DNA from: Podarcis tiliguerta
Lineage: Eukaryota
Reading direction: 5' to 3' (one strand)
Assembly: GCA_965153285.1 (NCBI GenBank)
Contig: OZ229110.1
DNA: 64,000 nt
Shown: piece by piece, positions 48,541 to 62,217 of the stretch
How the letters are laid out: every line of letters starts with the position of its first letter
Position numbering within the stretch: position 1 is the first letter of the stretch
Program-made: the position numbers and the translations under genes
The notes under the pieces: generated by a model
Told to the model about the DNA's origin: nothing
Seen by the model: only the letters and a program-made list of their open reading frames with translations
The model's database searches: none

Positions 48541-49846
48541 GTAGGTAGCACTCATCCTATCTTTTTATTGCATTTCTATTAAGTTACAGATCAGTTTGGC
48601 CCAAATATGGTTGCTATTGCTGATGAAGCCAAATAAAACCAAAGCAGACGCAGACACAATTTGGTCTGAATTAAACAATTCCTTTCATCTTCAGTTCCTG
48701 TGTTGTGATATTTCCCTCAAAACACCATTTTTTTCTTTCTGTAGAATTGTGCCTTCAATCTTCTTATTTTTATGTTTACTCAATGTCCTAGAATTGTATG
48801 CTAATCAGCCTACTGTCGTCCCATAATATCTCATACTGACTTTGTAGAACGTGAAGTATTTGTATTTTAAACCACCTGAAAGCCCTATCCTCATAGAAGT
48901 AACTCAGATGAGGTAAAGTCATTTTGAATATTTTGTGAAAACTGTCCTCACCAGCCAGCCTGGAAGTGCTGGAAAATTTCTTTGGGTGAAAATGATAGGA
49001 GCCATGGCCCAGTTTTGGGAGCTAATTGGAAGATGTAAAGTTCAGATTTAACTTTTTAACTCTGATAATGCGACTATTTGCTCTAAAACGGTGATAGCAA
49101 TTTTGTAACATCCTCAGCTATTGTTCTCACATCTGTTGCTGTTTGAAAAATATTCTTTCAAATGCACACACAAAAGTGGCCTTGGCACATCTTAACTGCA
49201 GCCATTTTAGAGAATAGCCATTGTATTTCTACTGCAACATCTGGTGGCGAATTCATTTTTAAAACTCAGAAACACTTTTGTTTGTTCACAGGCTATTTAG
49301 AGATTCTGGGAATAGCAAAGTAAGATACAACATTCCTATAGTTGTAAAAGGTCTTTGCTATCTTCAGACCTTGCTATCCTAGATGCAACTTAGGTTATGT
49401 TCACATTACCATTTAGTGTGGCTCCACTGCACTCCTACTGTTGATGCTTGAAGCCAAGAACACATGACATTGGCCACAATCCATATGTTAACCTGTAGTT
49501 TGATGTGTTTCCCTTCAAACCAGCTTCCATCTGATTTGAAAACATGAGCTGAGGTATGTACATTTGAGACAGCCATCATGTATACACACATGAGAGCTTC
49601 ATGAATAGGAGTTCAGGGGTGGTGCAAGCAGGTCATGCACACTAGGTGGAGAAATCCCCACCCCCTCTCTGGTGCACACAGCAGTGTGCAAATGTCTAAT
49701 GTGTACCTGGACAGAATTTGGCATCTTAAGCTAAGGCTACCTATTGAAATAAAACTAAAAGTAAATTTAATTTGAACTTGTGAGCAATGCCAGTCTCAAA
49801 AACACAGAATTCAGTTGTTGTTGTTTTTGTATATTTCTTTTGACAG

Positions 49847-50059
49847 ATGGTATCGGTGCCAACAGCAAACACAAAGATCCATGGCAGCACAGTACAGAGG
49901 GTAACGAAAGCGCCAGCAAGTCTTTCTGTGTCGTGCATGTCTGCCCAAACTACGCCAACAAGTCCATTTGGCTCTGATCCTCATTTTGTTACAGAAAACA
50001 TCTGGAAAGCCCAGAATAAGATTAATTTATTATATGAAAAACTGCAGACCATGGCTGAG
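49847..50059 (+). CDS. SPTBN5: SPTBN5 exon, S/T/P-rich insert plus repeat helix C
   Basis: AG/GT, 213 bp, phase 0-0; ends with Q..I...YEKLQ.MAE. Confidence 0.8.
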
Positions 50060-50866
50060 GTATCAAGTTTTTCTCATAATATTTTGAGTTCTCCCTCTCT
50101 CTTTTTAAAGACATAGAGTAATTGTTTATAGAATTGCATTGCAGACTTTGGTTTCTGTTTTTTTGCTATCCTGGCTCCAGATATGAAAACTTAATGTAGC
50201 TTTTAGAGTTTACTCTGCAGAGAAGATACCAAGAATCCTGAAATGTGTTGCTGAAGACTGGTTTTTATATAACTGAATGTGCTAATTGCCCTATTGCAAA
50301 ACCTCCAGGTGGGCAATATGTGAGAAACCTGACAAATTCTAAAAAACAGCATCCCTGCCAGTTTCCTCCAGTCATGAAGAAAACCAACTCAAATGGAAAA
50401 GGCTGACTTTTTTAAAAAAAAATGCTCAGACTTATAGCAGGGAAATGTTTTAGGCCAGGGCAACCACCAAGAATAGCTCTCTACAACAAATGGTGCTATT
50501 AACAAAGCGTTTCATGTCATGAGTGAAGACAAATGTTTGGGTATGCAGGCCCAAGCCATTATATCCTGAGACTCCCTTCTCAGTTTTTCCTGAGAGAAGA
50601 ATTTAGTCTGAAATCTATGGACAGTAGCAGAATTTCAAATATATCATGACTCCCATCTTCCACATGTTTCACATTTGACAGTACTAATGCACAAATCATG
50701 GCATAGGACTACACAAATAGCTAACTTTTGGTGATTTGTTGGTGCCTCAGCTCTGAATTTGTTTTTAACCTGTTACCCTCATCTACTGCCTTTGTGTTGA
50801 TATATTTGTATATTTGTATCAGAACATATTTATTCTCATACAGTGTTTGGATACTTATTCCTACAG

Positions 50867-51019
50867 CACAGGAGAAAAGAGTTAGAAGAAAGGATCCGAC
50901 TCTACCAGTTCTACAGTTCCTGTGAAGAATTTCGGTCTTGGATGGATGACAAAGAGAAAATTGTTCAGACTATTCAGCCAACAGCAGATAATGTGGAGAC
51001 TATGCAGCATAAATACCAG
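50867..51019 (+). CDS. SPTBN5: SPTBN5 exon, spectrin repeat
   Basis: AG/GT, 153 bp. Confidence 0.9.
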
Positions 51020-52629
51020 GTGCTGTTTCCACCTACATTTTTCCTGGCATTCTTACTCAGAGTCATAATTTACTTCAGTCTGTCAGCCAGGGTTGAATTT
51101 AGAGGAACCATTTCTGATTTTAGTAAAAAGTGACAGAGATATGTTATGGGGGGGGGGGACTCCCAGCAACTGTCAAAAGCCTGCAAGGTTAAATGGGGGG
51201 GGGGGGGACCAACCCTATTTATTTCAAATTCACTTTGTTGCAGTTCTAATACCTCATAAACAAGGCAGTATTAGGAGCACAGGCTAAACAATTAGCCCTA
51301 GAAATGGAGTTGTGCCTTTGACTTGCAAACCTACATAGTACATAGGTCCGTTTTATTGTTGATAACAATAGTTGCTCGGCAGTCAATTGCTATAAATATA
51401 GGCACTTTGGAAAATAATCACATGCGGGCCAAAATCCTAGGAGGGTGGTATTATGCTACTACCCCTGACCCATGCTAAAGACACTTGGATGGAGCAGAAG
51501 TTGAAGTGCGTTAAAACAGTATCAATAAACTCTGAGAAGATCAAGAGGTCTTGAATTATTTTCAATCCGGGCTGAACTCATTTTTCCAATCTTAAATCCA
51601 GTTCTCCACATTTCTGCATAAAGGATTTTCCCTCCAGTGTTTTAGTGTGGATTTGTCTTAATAGACACATTTTTGAATCACTCTGAAATTTCCTGTTGGT
51701 ATAAAAATGTTGTTTGTCAAAGTGTGGATTTTCAAAGGGAACATTATTTCACATCTCTTGCTCACTAAAAAAAGAAAGTGGACTATCCACTTGTTTGCTT
51801 CTCAGAGTGTTAACAGGAACAACTAGGTAAAAGTGAAGCATCACACCACTGAAGTTAATGTGGGAAGTAAATTAAATCTGTTTGGGAAAGTAACCTGAAG
51901 ATAATAACCTTGAGAGAACTTCCAGAGATGTCTGTCTGTAGTAGCAAAAACAGAAGTTGTGGCTTCTGAAAGACTAGGAAATTTATTATAGCATGGGCTT
52001 CAATTCACTTCATCATAGCTCAGCTGGCAGGGGTGTGGGTGTGTGGGTGCCAGGGGTGCCGGGTATAGGGGGCAGAGGGGGCTTCCCCAATATTTTTGGA
52101 AAAGGGGCGGTGTCTCTCCCCACCCCCCCAAAAAAAATATTGAGGGGGCTGCCAGGAGCCAGGTGGGACAATAAAGATCTTTGCTTTTGTCCTCTGCACA
52201 TCCTGCCCCCACCCAGCACACAGCGGGTAGTGTCATGTGACGCATCATGTGGCTACGTCCCCTCAAAGTGGGGGGGCAAGTCAGCGCCCCTGGTGGGTGC
52301 TCACACACACAAATGTTGTAATCGGTGCATCAAACAGCAGGGAAATATTTAAAAAGTCCATGACCATTCTTTGTAAACCATTACATAAGCAAAATGACCA
52401 TTCACAAAAGCAGCAGTTGGTGATCTCAGTTGACGCCTGATACCTGAGAAATAAACACCCTATTCAGTTCTAATTCAGCAGTTTCATGCTAGAATTTCAA
52501 GGGGAGAGACCCTAGATACTGATGCGTAAAGCAGGTTACCAAAGATTCTTTTTGTTAGTTGAATTCTATAACTTCAAAGAGTTAAACAAGAAATTATTAC
52601 TGCTGTCTTTGTTGGTTTCTGTTATTCAG

Positions 52630-52760
52630 AGTTTTCTAACGGAATTGGCTACTGGGAAGAGACAACTGGATGAGATCAGTTGCTTAGCAGATATGTTTTC
52701 AAAGAGCAGTCCTGGAAAACAGAATGAGATTCATGTCTATCAGAAAGAGATAAATGCGAG
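52630..52760 (+). CDS. SPTBN5: SPTBN5 exon, spectrin repeat
   Basis: AG/GT, 131 bp. Confidence 0.88.
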
Positions 52761-53127
52761 GTAAATGGTGGTTCATATATAGAGTTAACCCTGTGATGTC
52801 TAAAGGATAAGCTTTACTTTAAATGTAACTTCTGGTTTAGACATAGTGTTTTCTAGAAGGTGGTTGTTTTATTGATGAATTGTTAATTATTTTATATAAT
52901 TTAAGTTACAATTGTATTTGAGGTGCCTGTTTGCTTGCACAGACGAGAGCAGGCTACAAACTGAAACCACCATCGTGTTCTTCATAAGAATATGATACAC
53001 ATGTTGAGACACATTAATTTTGGAGTAAAATGTCCCTGAACATGTGCAGAGTTCCTTTCTCTCATCATAGTCCAACAGCATAGTCACCACTGCAGCAGCC
53101 TTATTTACGGTACTTTTCGGCTCTTAG

Positions 53128-53379
53128 GTGGGAGCGCTTGGAAGCACTGAAAGACGAGAAGGGCTCAATGCTGATTGGCGTGGCTGACGTGAAGACGTTC
53201 CTTCAGGATTGCCAGGACACTCAAGGGCTGCTACAAGACAAGATGACCCGGCTTGAGGACTTAGGACATGGGAACATGCCTACTGTTCTGTCGGCTGAGG
53301 CGCGCAAGCTGACAAACTTTGAGCGAGAGGTCTTAGTGCTGGAGAGAAAAACTGAATACCTGAAGAGTGTCGCCAAATC
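53128..53379 (+). CDS. SPTBN5: SPTBN5 exon, spectrin repeat
   Basis: AG/GT, 252 bp. Confidence 0.9.
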
Positions 53380-53761
53380 GTAAGAAACCAGCCCTTTGGT
53401 GCATTGTAGTCAGTCCTGGGGCCCTGCCTCTGGGTGCAGTAATGGCTTCCTTCCCTTTTTCAAACAGGTCTTCTACCTTATTGAATTATTAGGAACTTGG
53501 ATCTAGTTTGGTTGTGGAGAATGAATAATCCACAGCGCTTGCGGTCATTGATAGGATTTAGGACATATCATACAATTCAACAACCCATAGGCATCCCCCA
53601 AAACACGCACACATTAACCGTGTACATGGGAATTTGTAGAGAATCATGGTGCATTTTAGGGAAGTTTTTAATGTCTGATGTTTTATTGTATTTTTAATAT
53701 TTTCTTGGAAGCCACCCAAAGTGTGGCTGGGGAAACCCAGCCAGATGGGCAGAGTATAAAT

Positions 53762-53762
53762 A

Positions 53763-53816
<54 letters not shown>
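53762..53816. repeat. (ATT)n microsatellite, tail of an L2-like fragment
   Basis: Directly visible. Confidence 0.9.
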
Positions 53817-53818
<2 letters not shown>

Positions 53819-54091
53819 TGCTCCCTATGTTCAGAGCCCCATAGCATGCAGAATAGGGTTCCCTCCTTTTCCTCTTGATGATGATAAACATTATTCTGTC
53901 CCACCTTTCATCCAAGGAGCTGAGGGTAGCACTCAAGATAAGGAAATGTTTTTGCTTTTCTCCAGCACATCCAACCAAATCTCCCAGCTGACATTCCTTG
54001 ATGGATACTGGTGGAATACAGTTCAGGTCATAATGAACTTGACCTGAGCCCTAGCACTAATTCAAAAATGTGTCTTGGCTTCATTATGCAG

Positions 54092-54379
54092 GATCAAGGA
54101 TACCAATCCCGCAGAGAGCAGGGCCATAACAGAACAGGTTGAAGATATGGAGGAGCTCCTGTTATTGCTAAAGTCAAAGGCAGATGAGAAGGGGAAGGCT
54201 TTGCAAGTAGCACAGGACCAACAGGCCTTCCTGCAAGACAGCCGTCGACTTCTGTGGTGGGCAGATGCCATGAGAGAGAAAATGGCCAGGGAAGAAATGG
54301 GGGTAGATGTGGCCTCTGCAGAGCTGCTGCTAAAGGAACACCAGGATTTGCTGAAAGAGATACACAGTCAAAACCACAG
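54092..54379 (+). CDS. SPTBN5: SPTBN5 exon, spectrin repeat
   Basis: AG/GT, 288 bp. Confidence 0.9.
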
Positions 54380-54791
54380 GTAAAGATCTTTAAAATACCC
54401 CTTCAAAGTTGCTTTCAAAGTCCCCCCACTTCCCTTAGAATAGAAAGTGACCACACACTGCATAAGTTAAAAATGGTTTACTTCAAAGGTTTACTTCAAA
54501 CTCTTCAAAGGTCAGATTTGTGTGCTTTTCTATACAGCAGCAAGAAAAGACAGGCAGAATAACTTAGGTTCCAACAAGTGGTAAATGTTTCTGCATCAGC
54601 TCTATATCAGGAAGTTTTTAATGTTTAATGTTTTAGTTTGTTCTAATATGTGCTGTGAGCTACCCAGAGTGGCTGGGGAAACCCAGCCAGATGAGCGGGG
54701 TATAAATAATAAAATTATTGTTATTGTTATTGTTAGGATGTGGTTTTCACTTATGACAATAATACATGCCATTTTCGTGGAACTTTCACAG

Positions 54792-55035
54792 GTTTAAGCA
54801 GCTGCAAGAGTTGGGTCAGAAGATAATGGATGGCCCATTCAACACCAAGGCTTTGGAAATCTGTGAGTCTGTGCAAAAGCTTGCTCAGCAAAGGAATGAG
54901 CTAGATGAATTGTGGGTAAAACGGCGGGAGAAGCTCCAGGAAGATGTTGAACTTCAGAAATTCAACAGAGAAATCAATGGCATCCAAGCTGCTCTCTTGA
55001 GCCATGAGGCCTTTCTCCAAACTGATAATCTTGAG
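54792..55035 (+). CDS. SPTBN5: SPTBN5 exon, spectrin repeat
   Basis: AG/GT, 244 bp. Confidence 0.9.
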
Positions 55036-56875
55036 GTAAATACTTATGGCTACAAAGCTGATCATATTCAAATTCAGAGTACAAGTTAGTAATTTGTATC
55101 TGAGGTAATAAATTATTGGTATAAAAATATTTTTTAAAACCTTTCATGCTACGTTGGATCTCATCCAATATTTAGAGTTAGGATGAGATATAAAAATACC
55201 ACAACAAATACAAAACACGCTTGGTTTAATCTTGCATATATCTGAGAATGGAGTCTTTAAGCCATGCTATTAATCCTCCCCCACTAAAAAAAATCTCAAT
55301 GTTCTCCTCTGCAGAAAACTGAGACAGCATTTATATATGTATTTTTATATACGTCTTTTATACACGTATGAGTCGAGAAAATTCATTGGTTTCAAGGATG
55401 ACGTGTTCTGATATCATGGAAAACCTTGTAGTGAGACATTAGCAAAGCCTAGGTTATTCTAACTGGAAAAAACCTAGGCATGTTCACTGACAAGTTTATT
55501 GTGAAGGCTGCTTGCTTGCACAATGAAGAAGGCAGAGATAGAAGATATGCCAGAGATAGTGGCTGTGTTTGAACATCATGTAAGCAATGGTTTACTGTGG
55601 TGAGAATGAACTTAGGTCAGCACTGGGCCTGTATACCCCTCTTTCCCTTCCCTTTCCTGACACAACTGAAAGTAGGAGATCAGAAACTTTTTCTTCTGTT
55701 TTTGATTCACCACAGTCTGTCATGTGCTCTGAACCCAACAAAATGTGGTTAACCTTAATTATGGTTTATTTGAAACTTTAAACCATGGTTTATGAAGCTA
55801 CCTTGTTTCAATTAACTAAGGTTTACGTTAACCACAGTTTAGACTTTTACTATAATGCTGAACTTAGGTTAATCAGAAAGAAAATGAAATCTTCTATTCT
55901 CCTGCTTACGGCTGCGCCAGAGGAAGAGAGGGGTCTATGGAGTGCCTCAGTCGTAGACTTGCCTTGGTTTGTTGCCATCAAAATAAGCTGTAGTTTATTA
56001 TGACTTAAAACATAGCTGATGCCATCTCCGAAACTGCTGTAAGAATAATGAAATTGTGGATTTTAATCTGTTTTAGTAATTTAACTTCTTGTCTGTTTTA
56101 AAGTATTGCTGTAATGGGTTGTTTTTTTAAAAAAATATTTTGGTAAACCATTTTGAGGGGGTTTTTTACACGATCAAACAGTGTATAAATATTATGAAAT
56201 AGATAAAAATGATAAATGAAGGAATAAATATGCTTACACCATGATGTGGGATTAGGGCTAATCTGAACATCCATACCCCACCTCCTGGACTTCTCAGTGT
56301 TTAGTTGGATTCTAGGGATTTTTTCAGTTTCAGATTCAGATTCAGGGAGGTTGGGAATCTACACAAATATCAGGAGAATGCAATGGACATGCAGTGCAGG
56401 GGAAGGAGAAAGTGAAAATTCAGAATGAGAGGATGTTTACTATTTGAAGAGACGGCTGAGGACAATCTTTCAATTCCCCCTGTCTCCTTAACATTAAGGA
56501 AAGGCAAACGGCTGCATTCAACAACCTGCTGCCAACCGAATGGTGCTGGGAATGTTGTGATGTTGGAGCATAGTTCCTGGGAACATCTTACGTGGGACAA
56601 GATGACCATCTCCACGGACAGTCTTGCATCCTCACATATCAACGTTCTCAGCACCATTTGCAAACTGACTGCTGAATGCTAAATCACCTGACCACCTCAT
56701 CCATCTGTAAATACTCCACCCACTCAAAAGTGCTTTGATGTTTATGGGAATCTGCCAAGTTCACATAAATGCTCATCACACCTTCATTTGGAGGATGAAG
56801 GTCCAGTGAATGTGGGAGGTGGGGTCATGCTCGGCCAATGTGGGGTGTGGTCATGCTTGTTTTCCATATCTTCAG

Positions 56876-57015
56876 GACCACGTTGGTTCTACTCAGAGCC
56901 TCTTGAAGCGGCATGAGGATTTTGAACGAGTGCTACTGGTGCTGAAAAAGCGAGTAAATGCAGTCAATGAGCATGGATATCAGCTGGTGGAAAGGGGTCA
57001 TTTTGCTTCTGACAC
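56876..57015 (+). CDS. SPTBN5: SPTBN5 exon, spectrin repeat (SLLKRHEDFE)
   Basis: AG/GT, 140 bp. Confidence 0.9.
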
Positions 57016-57425
57016 GTACGTGTTTGATTTTCATTTATTTAGATCTGGAACACAGGGAAGGCGAAGGCCTATTCATGCATGATATTAAGAAACACATTAG
57101 AGTGCCCTTTACATTTTTTTGTGTCATGTATTAATGCTATTAGCTTTTATTCCTTTGTAAAAGGAATTTACACAGCATTAGCCTGCCTTCCTTTAGCCAG
57201 AAAAATCCAAATGTCTTATATTGAATAGCAGAGTAAACTGTGGATTAATTTGAGTTACATATTCAGCTATCCAAAACTGCCACAACACCCTGTAGATCAG
57301 TCTACTAAGGTTCAAAAAGATGAAATGTTTTACCAACTTTGTAAATTATTTCTGATAGAGCTCCTCACCTACAACCCATGTAATACCTTTTGGAGAAATT
57401 GAATCTCCTCTTATTCCATTTACAG

Positions 57426-57525
57426 GATTGAGGAGAGAATGGCTGCCATACGAGAGAGATGGAAATTGCTAATTAATAATAATGAACAGAGGAAGAAGAG
57501 GCTACTAGCTTCTCTTCTGTTACAG
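57426..57525 (+). CDS. SPTBN5: SPTBN5 exon, spectrin repeat
   Basis: AG/GT, 100 bp. Confidence 0.88.
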
Positions 57526-57748
57526 GTTAGAGGGCAGTGTATCAGAAACCATATGTAGAGAGGTTGGATGGGGTTTGTTTGTTTGCTTGCTTACTTGCTT
57601 ACTTGCTTACCTAGGTTGAGTATTCTCCAGTTCAGAGGTACCTAACATAGTGGCTTCCTTTTGTTTTGGACTACAACTCCCATAATCTCCAGCTGTCATG
57701 GCCAAGGTCAGGGGTGATGACAGCTGTAGTTCATAACATCAGATTATA

Positions 57749-58232
57749 TAGTGGTTTTCAACCAGTGTGTTGTGGCACCCTGGGGTGCCTTGAATGATGG
57801 TCAGTTGGTGCCACGGGCAACACTGGCCTCTGTCCCTCTTTCCTTGCCCCCCTCCTCTGATGCCCTCTTGCGTCTCTGCCTCCCCAAGGCTTGCACAGCT
57901 GTTTGTTGCAGCAGCCCTGGCTACAAGCTCCCCAGGTGAATGGTGCTTCTGGGCCTGGCCCTGTGGGGCAGGGTGAGGAGGCACCTCTCTTTGGGGCAGG
58001 GGGAGCAGTTCAAAGACCAGGTGCAACGACAGCAGCTGCCCGGAGGGCTCCCAACGAGAGGGGAGAGGCAAGGAGGCTGAGGGAACACTCCACAAGGGAG
58101 GGTGTTCAAAAAGCTCTGCAGGCAAGGGGTGACATAACTGGGCTCCCGAGCCCCGCATGGGTGCCGCAGAAAGAATGGGAGCAAAGAATGGTCAAGGAAG
58201 CCATGGACTCAAAAAGGTTGAAAAAACCTCTG
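57749..58232. mobile_element. hAT-like MITE
   Basis: TAGTGGTTTTCAACC / GGTTGAAAAAACCTCTG termini; GATTATA on both flanks. Confidence 0.6.
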
Positions 58233-58992
58233 GATTATAATATTCAGAAAGAGCATATAGTTTATCCTAGAATGTGGCTGGAGTAACACATATTTAAAAG
58301 CTTCCCCACAGAAAAAATGACCTGCATGTAGACACTAGCATATCAGGGAGAAGGTTAGGCCTGGATACTGCTCTTTGACATGTTTGCTTTCCACAGCAGA
58401 TCATTTTTTGACGCAGGGGAACATTAGGTATTGTGACCATTCACTGGTGTTCTAAAGTGTAACCTGAAGAGTTCACCTGGGGCCTGTTTTAAAGGATGGG
58501 TATATTGTTCTTAATCTTTCTTTGCAGGGAGTGTGCCACTTTTGTATTCTGCATTGGCATGAAATAAATGCTGGTGATGTTTATAGCAGACTTTAATATG
58601 TTAAGGGATAAGAGGCATTGTGGATCAGCAGGGACATATTATCACACCAAGTTCTTGAGGGATTGGCCCAAGTTTGCCTTTAATGCCCACTTCATCATAT
58701 ATTCCAACTTTCTGATAAGAGAGGGTTCACCTAACCTTCTCTAAAAAGAGTATTTTTACCAGTATGCAGCTGTAGGAGAAATTTCAAAATAAGAATCAAC
58801 CATAATGTTTTTCTGTGCTGTGACTGCGAAGGGTCGGGTTCACAGGAACATCCCATAATGTGACATTAAACGTTGTAATTGAATACACACTATGTTTAAT
58901 GCATTTTTGTTTTTATTGTGTTATCTGTAAATATATGTTTTAATGTATCAATATGTACATGGGGAAAAAAGAGAGATTTAATGCAATTGTAG

Positions 58993-59163
58993 GAGTTCAC
59001 TCATGACACTGCTGAGCTCTTGATGTGGATGGAGGAGAAATACAAGATAGCATCAGATGAGTCCTACCGTGAGCCAACAAACATACTACGGAAGCTCAAA
59101 AAGCATGAAGCTGCAGAACAAGAAATGATGGCCAATAAGAAGCATTATGTGGAGCTGATGGTG
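58993..59163 (+). CDS. SPTBN5: SPTBN5 exon, spectrin repeat (ASDESYREPTNILRKLKKHEAAE)
   Basis: AG/GT, 171 bp. Confidence 0.92.
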
Positions 59164-59975
59164 GTAAGGCTCGTCTCATGGAGACATATTGATGACTGGC
59201 AGAATAGCCAACAATTCCTTGTTTGATTAGAACATTTCAAATTTAAGTACAACAGTTCCGTGCATATTTCTGCATTCTAATAGCAAACAATCAGGCCTGT
59301 GCTCACATGCACAGCACACAGCACTGCATCTGGAATTCTGTGTTTCTGAAAAGCTAGTATAAAATTTTTGTTTTTAAATATTTCTAATATTAAAACTGAA
59401 AAGGTGTTGGCGCTTTCTGCAGAAGCCTAAAACTAGGCTTTCAGGGGAAGCAAAGTACAGAGCCTCAAAGAACTGTGCCTATCAAGTATATTGCTTACTT
59501 TGCTGTTTGTAATATCACTTAGGGTGCCTGCATATAACACTAAAAAGCAGAAATTGAATTTTAAGAATAGAAGTCTAGTAGTACAACAGTTACACCTATG
59601 TATTAGGAAGAATGTTCTAAGCAAGTGTTTGTTTGTTTGTTTGTTTGTATGCATGCATGGACTTTCCCATCATATGGTGTTAAGAGATGTCAAAGTTCAT
59701 GCAAAAGACTGATGGGAAGCAGAGTTTTCCTACAGCAAAACAGATGAAAACAACGCACTGCCCTTAAGTTCAGCTTGAATTTCAGCCTTCTGAAATCAGG
59801 CCCACCAATGTACAACATTGTTGGTTTGTTCAGTGACTGGCTGGTGAGCATCGCTTTGCAGTTTTTAGGATACTGGCTTCTTCCGCATACAATGACTTTG
59901 ACATAAACAGAGGCAGGTAGGAGTAACCAGAGCTACAGGAGTTTTCTCTTGACCAAATGCACCGTCTCTCTCCAG

Positions 59976-60140
59976 GCTGGAAAACAGCTGGTTCAGGATG
60001 ACCACTATGCTGCAGATTCCATTCAAGACAAAATGTCAGAGCTGAAGAAGAAATGGGAGAAGCTGTACAGCAAGATGATAGAGCGAGGAGACAAACTGAG
60101 GCAGGCTGGACAGCAAGAACAACTTATGGAACTTCTTGAG
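59976..60140 (+). CDS. SPTBN5: SPTBN5 exon, spectrin repeat
   Basis: AG/GT, 165 bp. Confidence 0.9.
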
Positions 60141-60708
60141 GTCAGGGGCAAATGCCTTTCTGCCGGGAAGGCTACGGCTGAACTGAGTGCCATTGCCACT
60201 GTTTATAAATTTTAAAAGATCGTTGGCCATGTTGGTTGGGGCTGATGGGAGTTGAAACCCAACATCTGGAGGGCTACAGTTCCTCTTCCTGTTTTAAAGT
60301 ATTTAACCAGTGAATAGTTTTAGGTTCTCAAACTAGTAAATAAAATGTAAAGTAGCGGAATACCTGAGCATCTGCTTTGCATGCAAAAGGTCCAAGTTTT
60401 AGTCCCCAGGCAGGGGTGAGATTGTCCCTTGTCTGAAACTCTGATGAGCCTCTTCCAGTCAGTGACAACAGTCATGAGCTAAATGGATCAATGATTTGAC
60501 TCTATATAATGTAGTTTCCTCTGTTCCTCCTATGACAGCAGAAAATGAGCATTTGCAGTGCTCATAGCAGATTCTGCACCAAGGAATAAAAACCAAGGTG
60601 CAGAGCTTGCTGAATGGTTGCACCATTCCATCCGCGCCGCAGAGAATTTATGCCAGAGGAAAGAGAGCAAAGCGGGGAATCATCCACATGTCAATATTTC
60701 CCCTTTAG

Positions 60709-60935
60709 GATGCTGAAGAGAAGATAGAGAAGGTTGAGAAGAGTCTTCGAGATGCAGAGATGGGCCATGACATGCGGTCTAGTCGCAGTTTGCTCAAGGA
60801 ACACAGTCAGCTGGAAAATGAGATGCAGGGATTGGCTGAGAAAATGAGCTCGATTGTGTTGCACGCCAAGAAAATGGCTACAAATCATTTTGACAGTGAA
60901 AGGATTCTGGATGAGACACAGAAGTATTTGGAATG
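60709..60935 (+). CDS. SPTBN5: SPTBN5 exon, spectrin repeat
   Basis: AG/GT, 227 bp. Confidence 0.9.
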
Positions 60936-61070
60936 GTGGGTTGCTCTTTCTGTAAACATAGTGCATTGTACAAGGCTTCATTATTCTCCTGTCCATAAGG
61001 ATTTACTTTTATATCTCAGCCAAGCTCAGTCTGATACTGCTTGTTCCACAGAACTCAGAAGACTACTTTA

Positions 61071-61275
61071 AGGGAACCGGGTTCGTGTCTCCGCTCCTCC
61101 ACATGCAGCTGCTGGGTGACCTTGGGCCAGTCACACTTCTCTGAAGTCTCTCAGCCCCACTCACCTCACAGAGTGTTTGTTGTGGGGGAGGAAGGGAAAG
61201 GAGAATGTTAGCCGCTTTGAGACTCCTTCGGGTAGTGATAAAGCGGGATATCAAATCCAAACTCTTCTTCTCTTC
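61071..61275 (+). mobile_element. 5'-truncated copy of the same SINE
   Basis: Near-identical to 38845-39046. Confidence 0.8.
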
Positions 61276-62030
61276 TTTAACAATAGAATAAAGCATGAAC
61301 TTTTTTTCAGCTGGAATTTGCCAGAACTCAGTTTGGGCACCTCTCAGGTGGGCGCCATTGCCATTCTAAGAGAATTAGAGAGGTATTCATAGTGAGTTTT
61401 GGCACCTCTTTTTCTAGAAATATAACACTGGAATAAAGCCTAACATAACATAAGCAGATAATGCAGAGAGAGCTAGTATGGTGCAATGAAAAGAGTACTG
61501 GGCTTGGATGTGGTGGAAAACTTAAGAGTCAAATCCCCATTTTACTATGAAGGGATGACCAAATCATTATCTCAGCCTAAAGTATCTCACAGGCTTTATT
61601 GCAACGGTAAAATGCTGATCAGCTTCCCTGGTATTCTTAGCTTGCCACTATTCTTTCTTGCTTCCTTCACCAGATTATTAGCAGGACACAAACACATAAA
61701 AATCATTTACATCGAAGTATGATTGGAGAAGTGACTCTGCTGGCTTCTATAATTCATAACATTCCCAACATGCAATTTTACATTGGTTCTTCTAATTAGT
61801 TTTGGCAATGTGGGTGTAGAAAGCAAGCTGGGTGCACAAGATTAAAATCAACATTTCAGAATTATACATTACTGTAGAGGGGAAGATATTTCACTGACAG
61901 CTGGATCACTGACCTTTTCTTTGTGACTCATCAATTATGTTGACTAATAAGAATGTTTGCTTATTGAGGGGATCCTGCATTTTCTTGGGCTGAGTGTGTG
62001 AACTTCATTGTTTTAACATCTGGTTCACAG

Positions 62031-62217
62031 GTTTGCCTCTCTCCAGGAACCTCTTGCTGAGAGAGGACAGCTGCTTCAGGCCAGAGTGGAATTGTTCCAG
62101 TTCTACCATTACCATGACATGGAAATGAAGTGGATTAGTGAGCGGATGTCAGTGGCCAGTTCCACAAACCGAGGCCAGTCCTTGAATGTGGCTCAAAGCT
62201 TTCTACAGAAGCACAAG
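62031..62217 (+). CDS. SPTBN5: SPTBN5 exon, spectrin repeat; gene continues beyond the window
   Basis: AG/GT, 187 bp. Confidence 0.9.

Noticed and set aside
48848-48912. Possible extra SPTBN5 exon (ag...gtaaag)
   Set aside because: 65 bp would break the frame between two phase-0 exons
53678-53978. Poly-L/N/I ORFs
   Set aside because: Translations of the (ATT)n microsatellite
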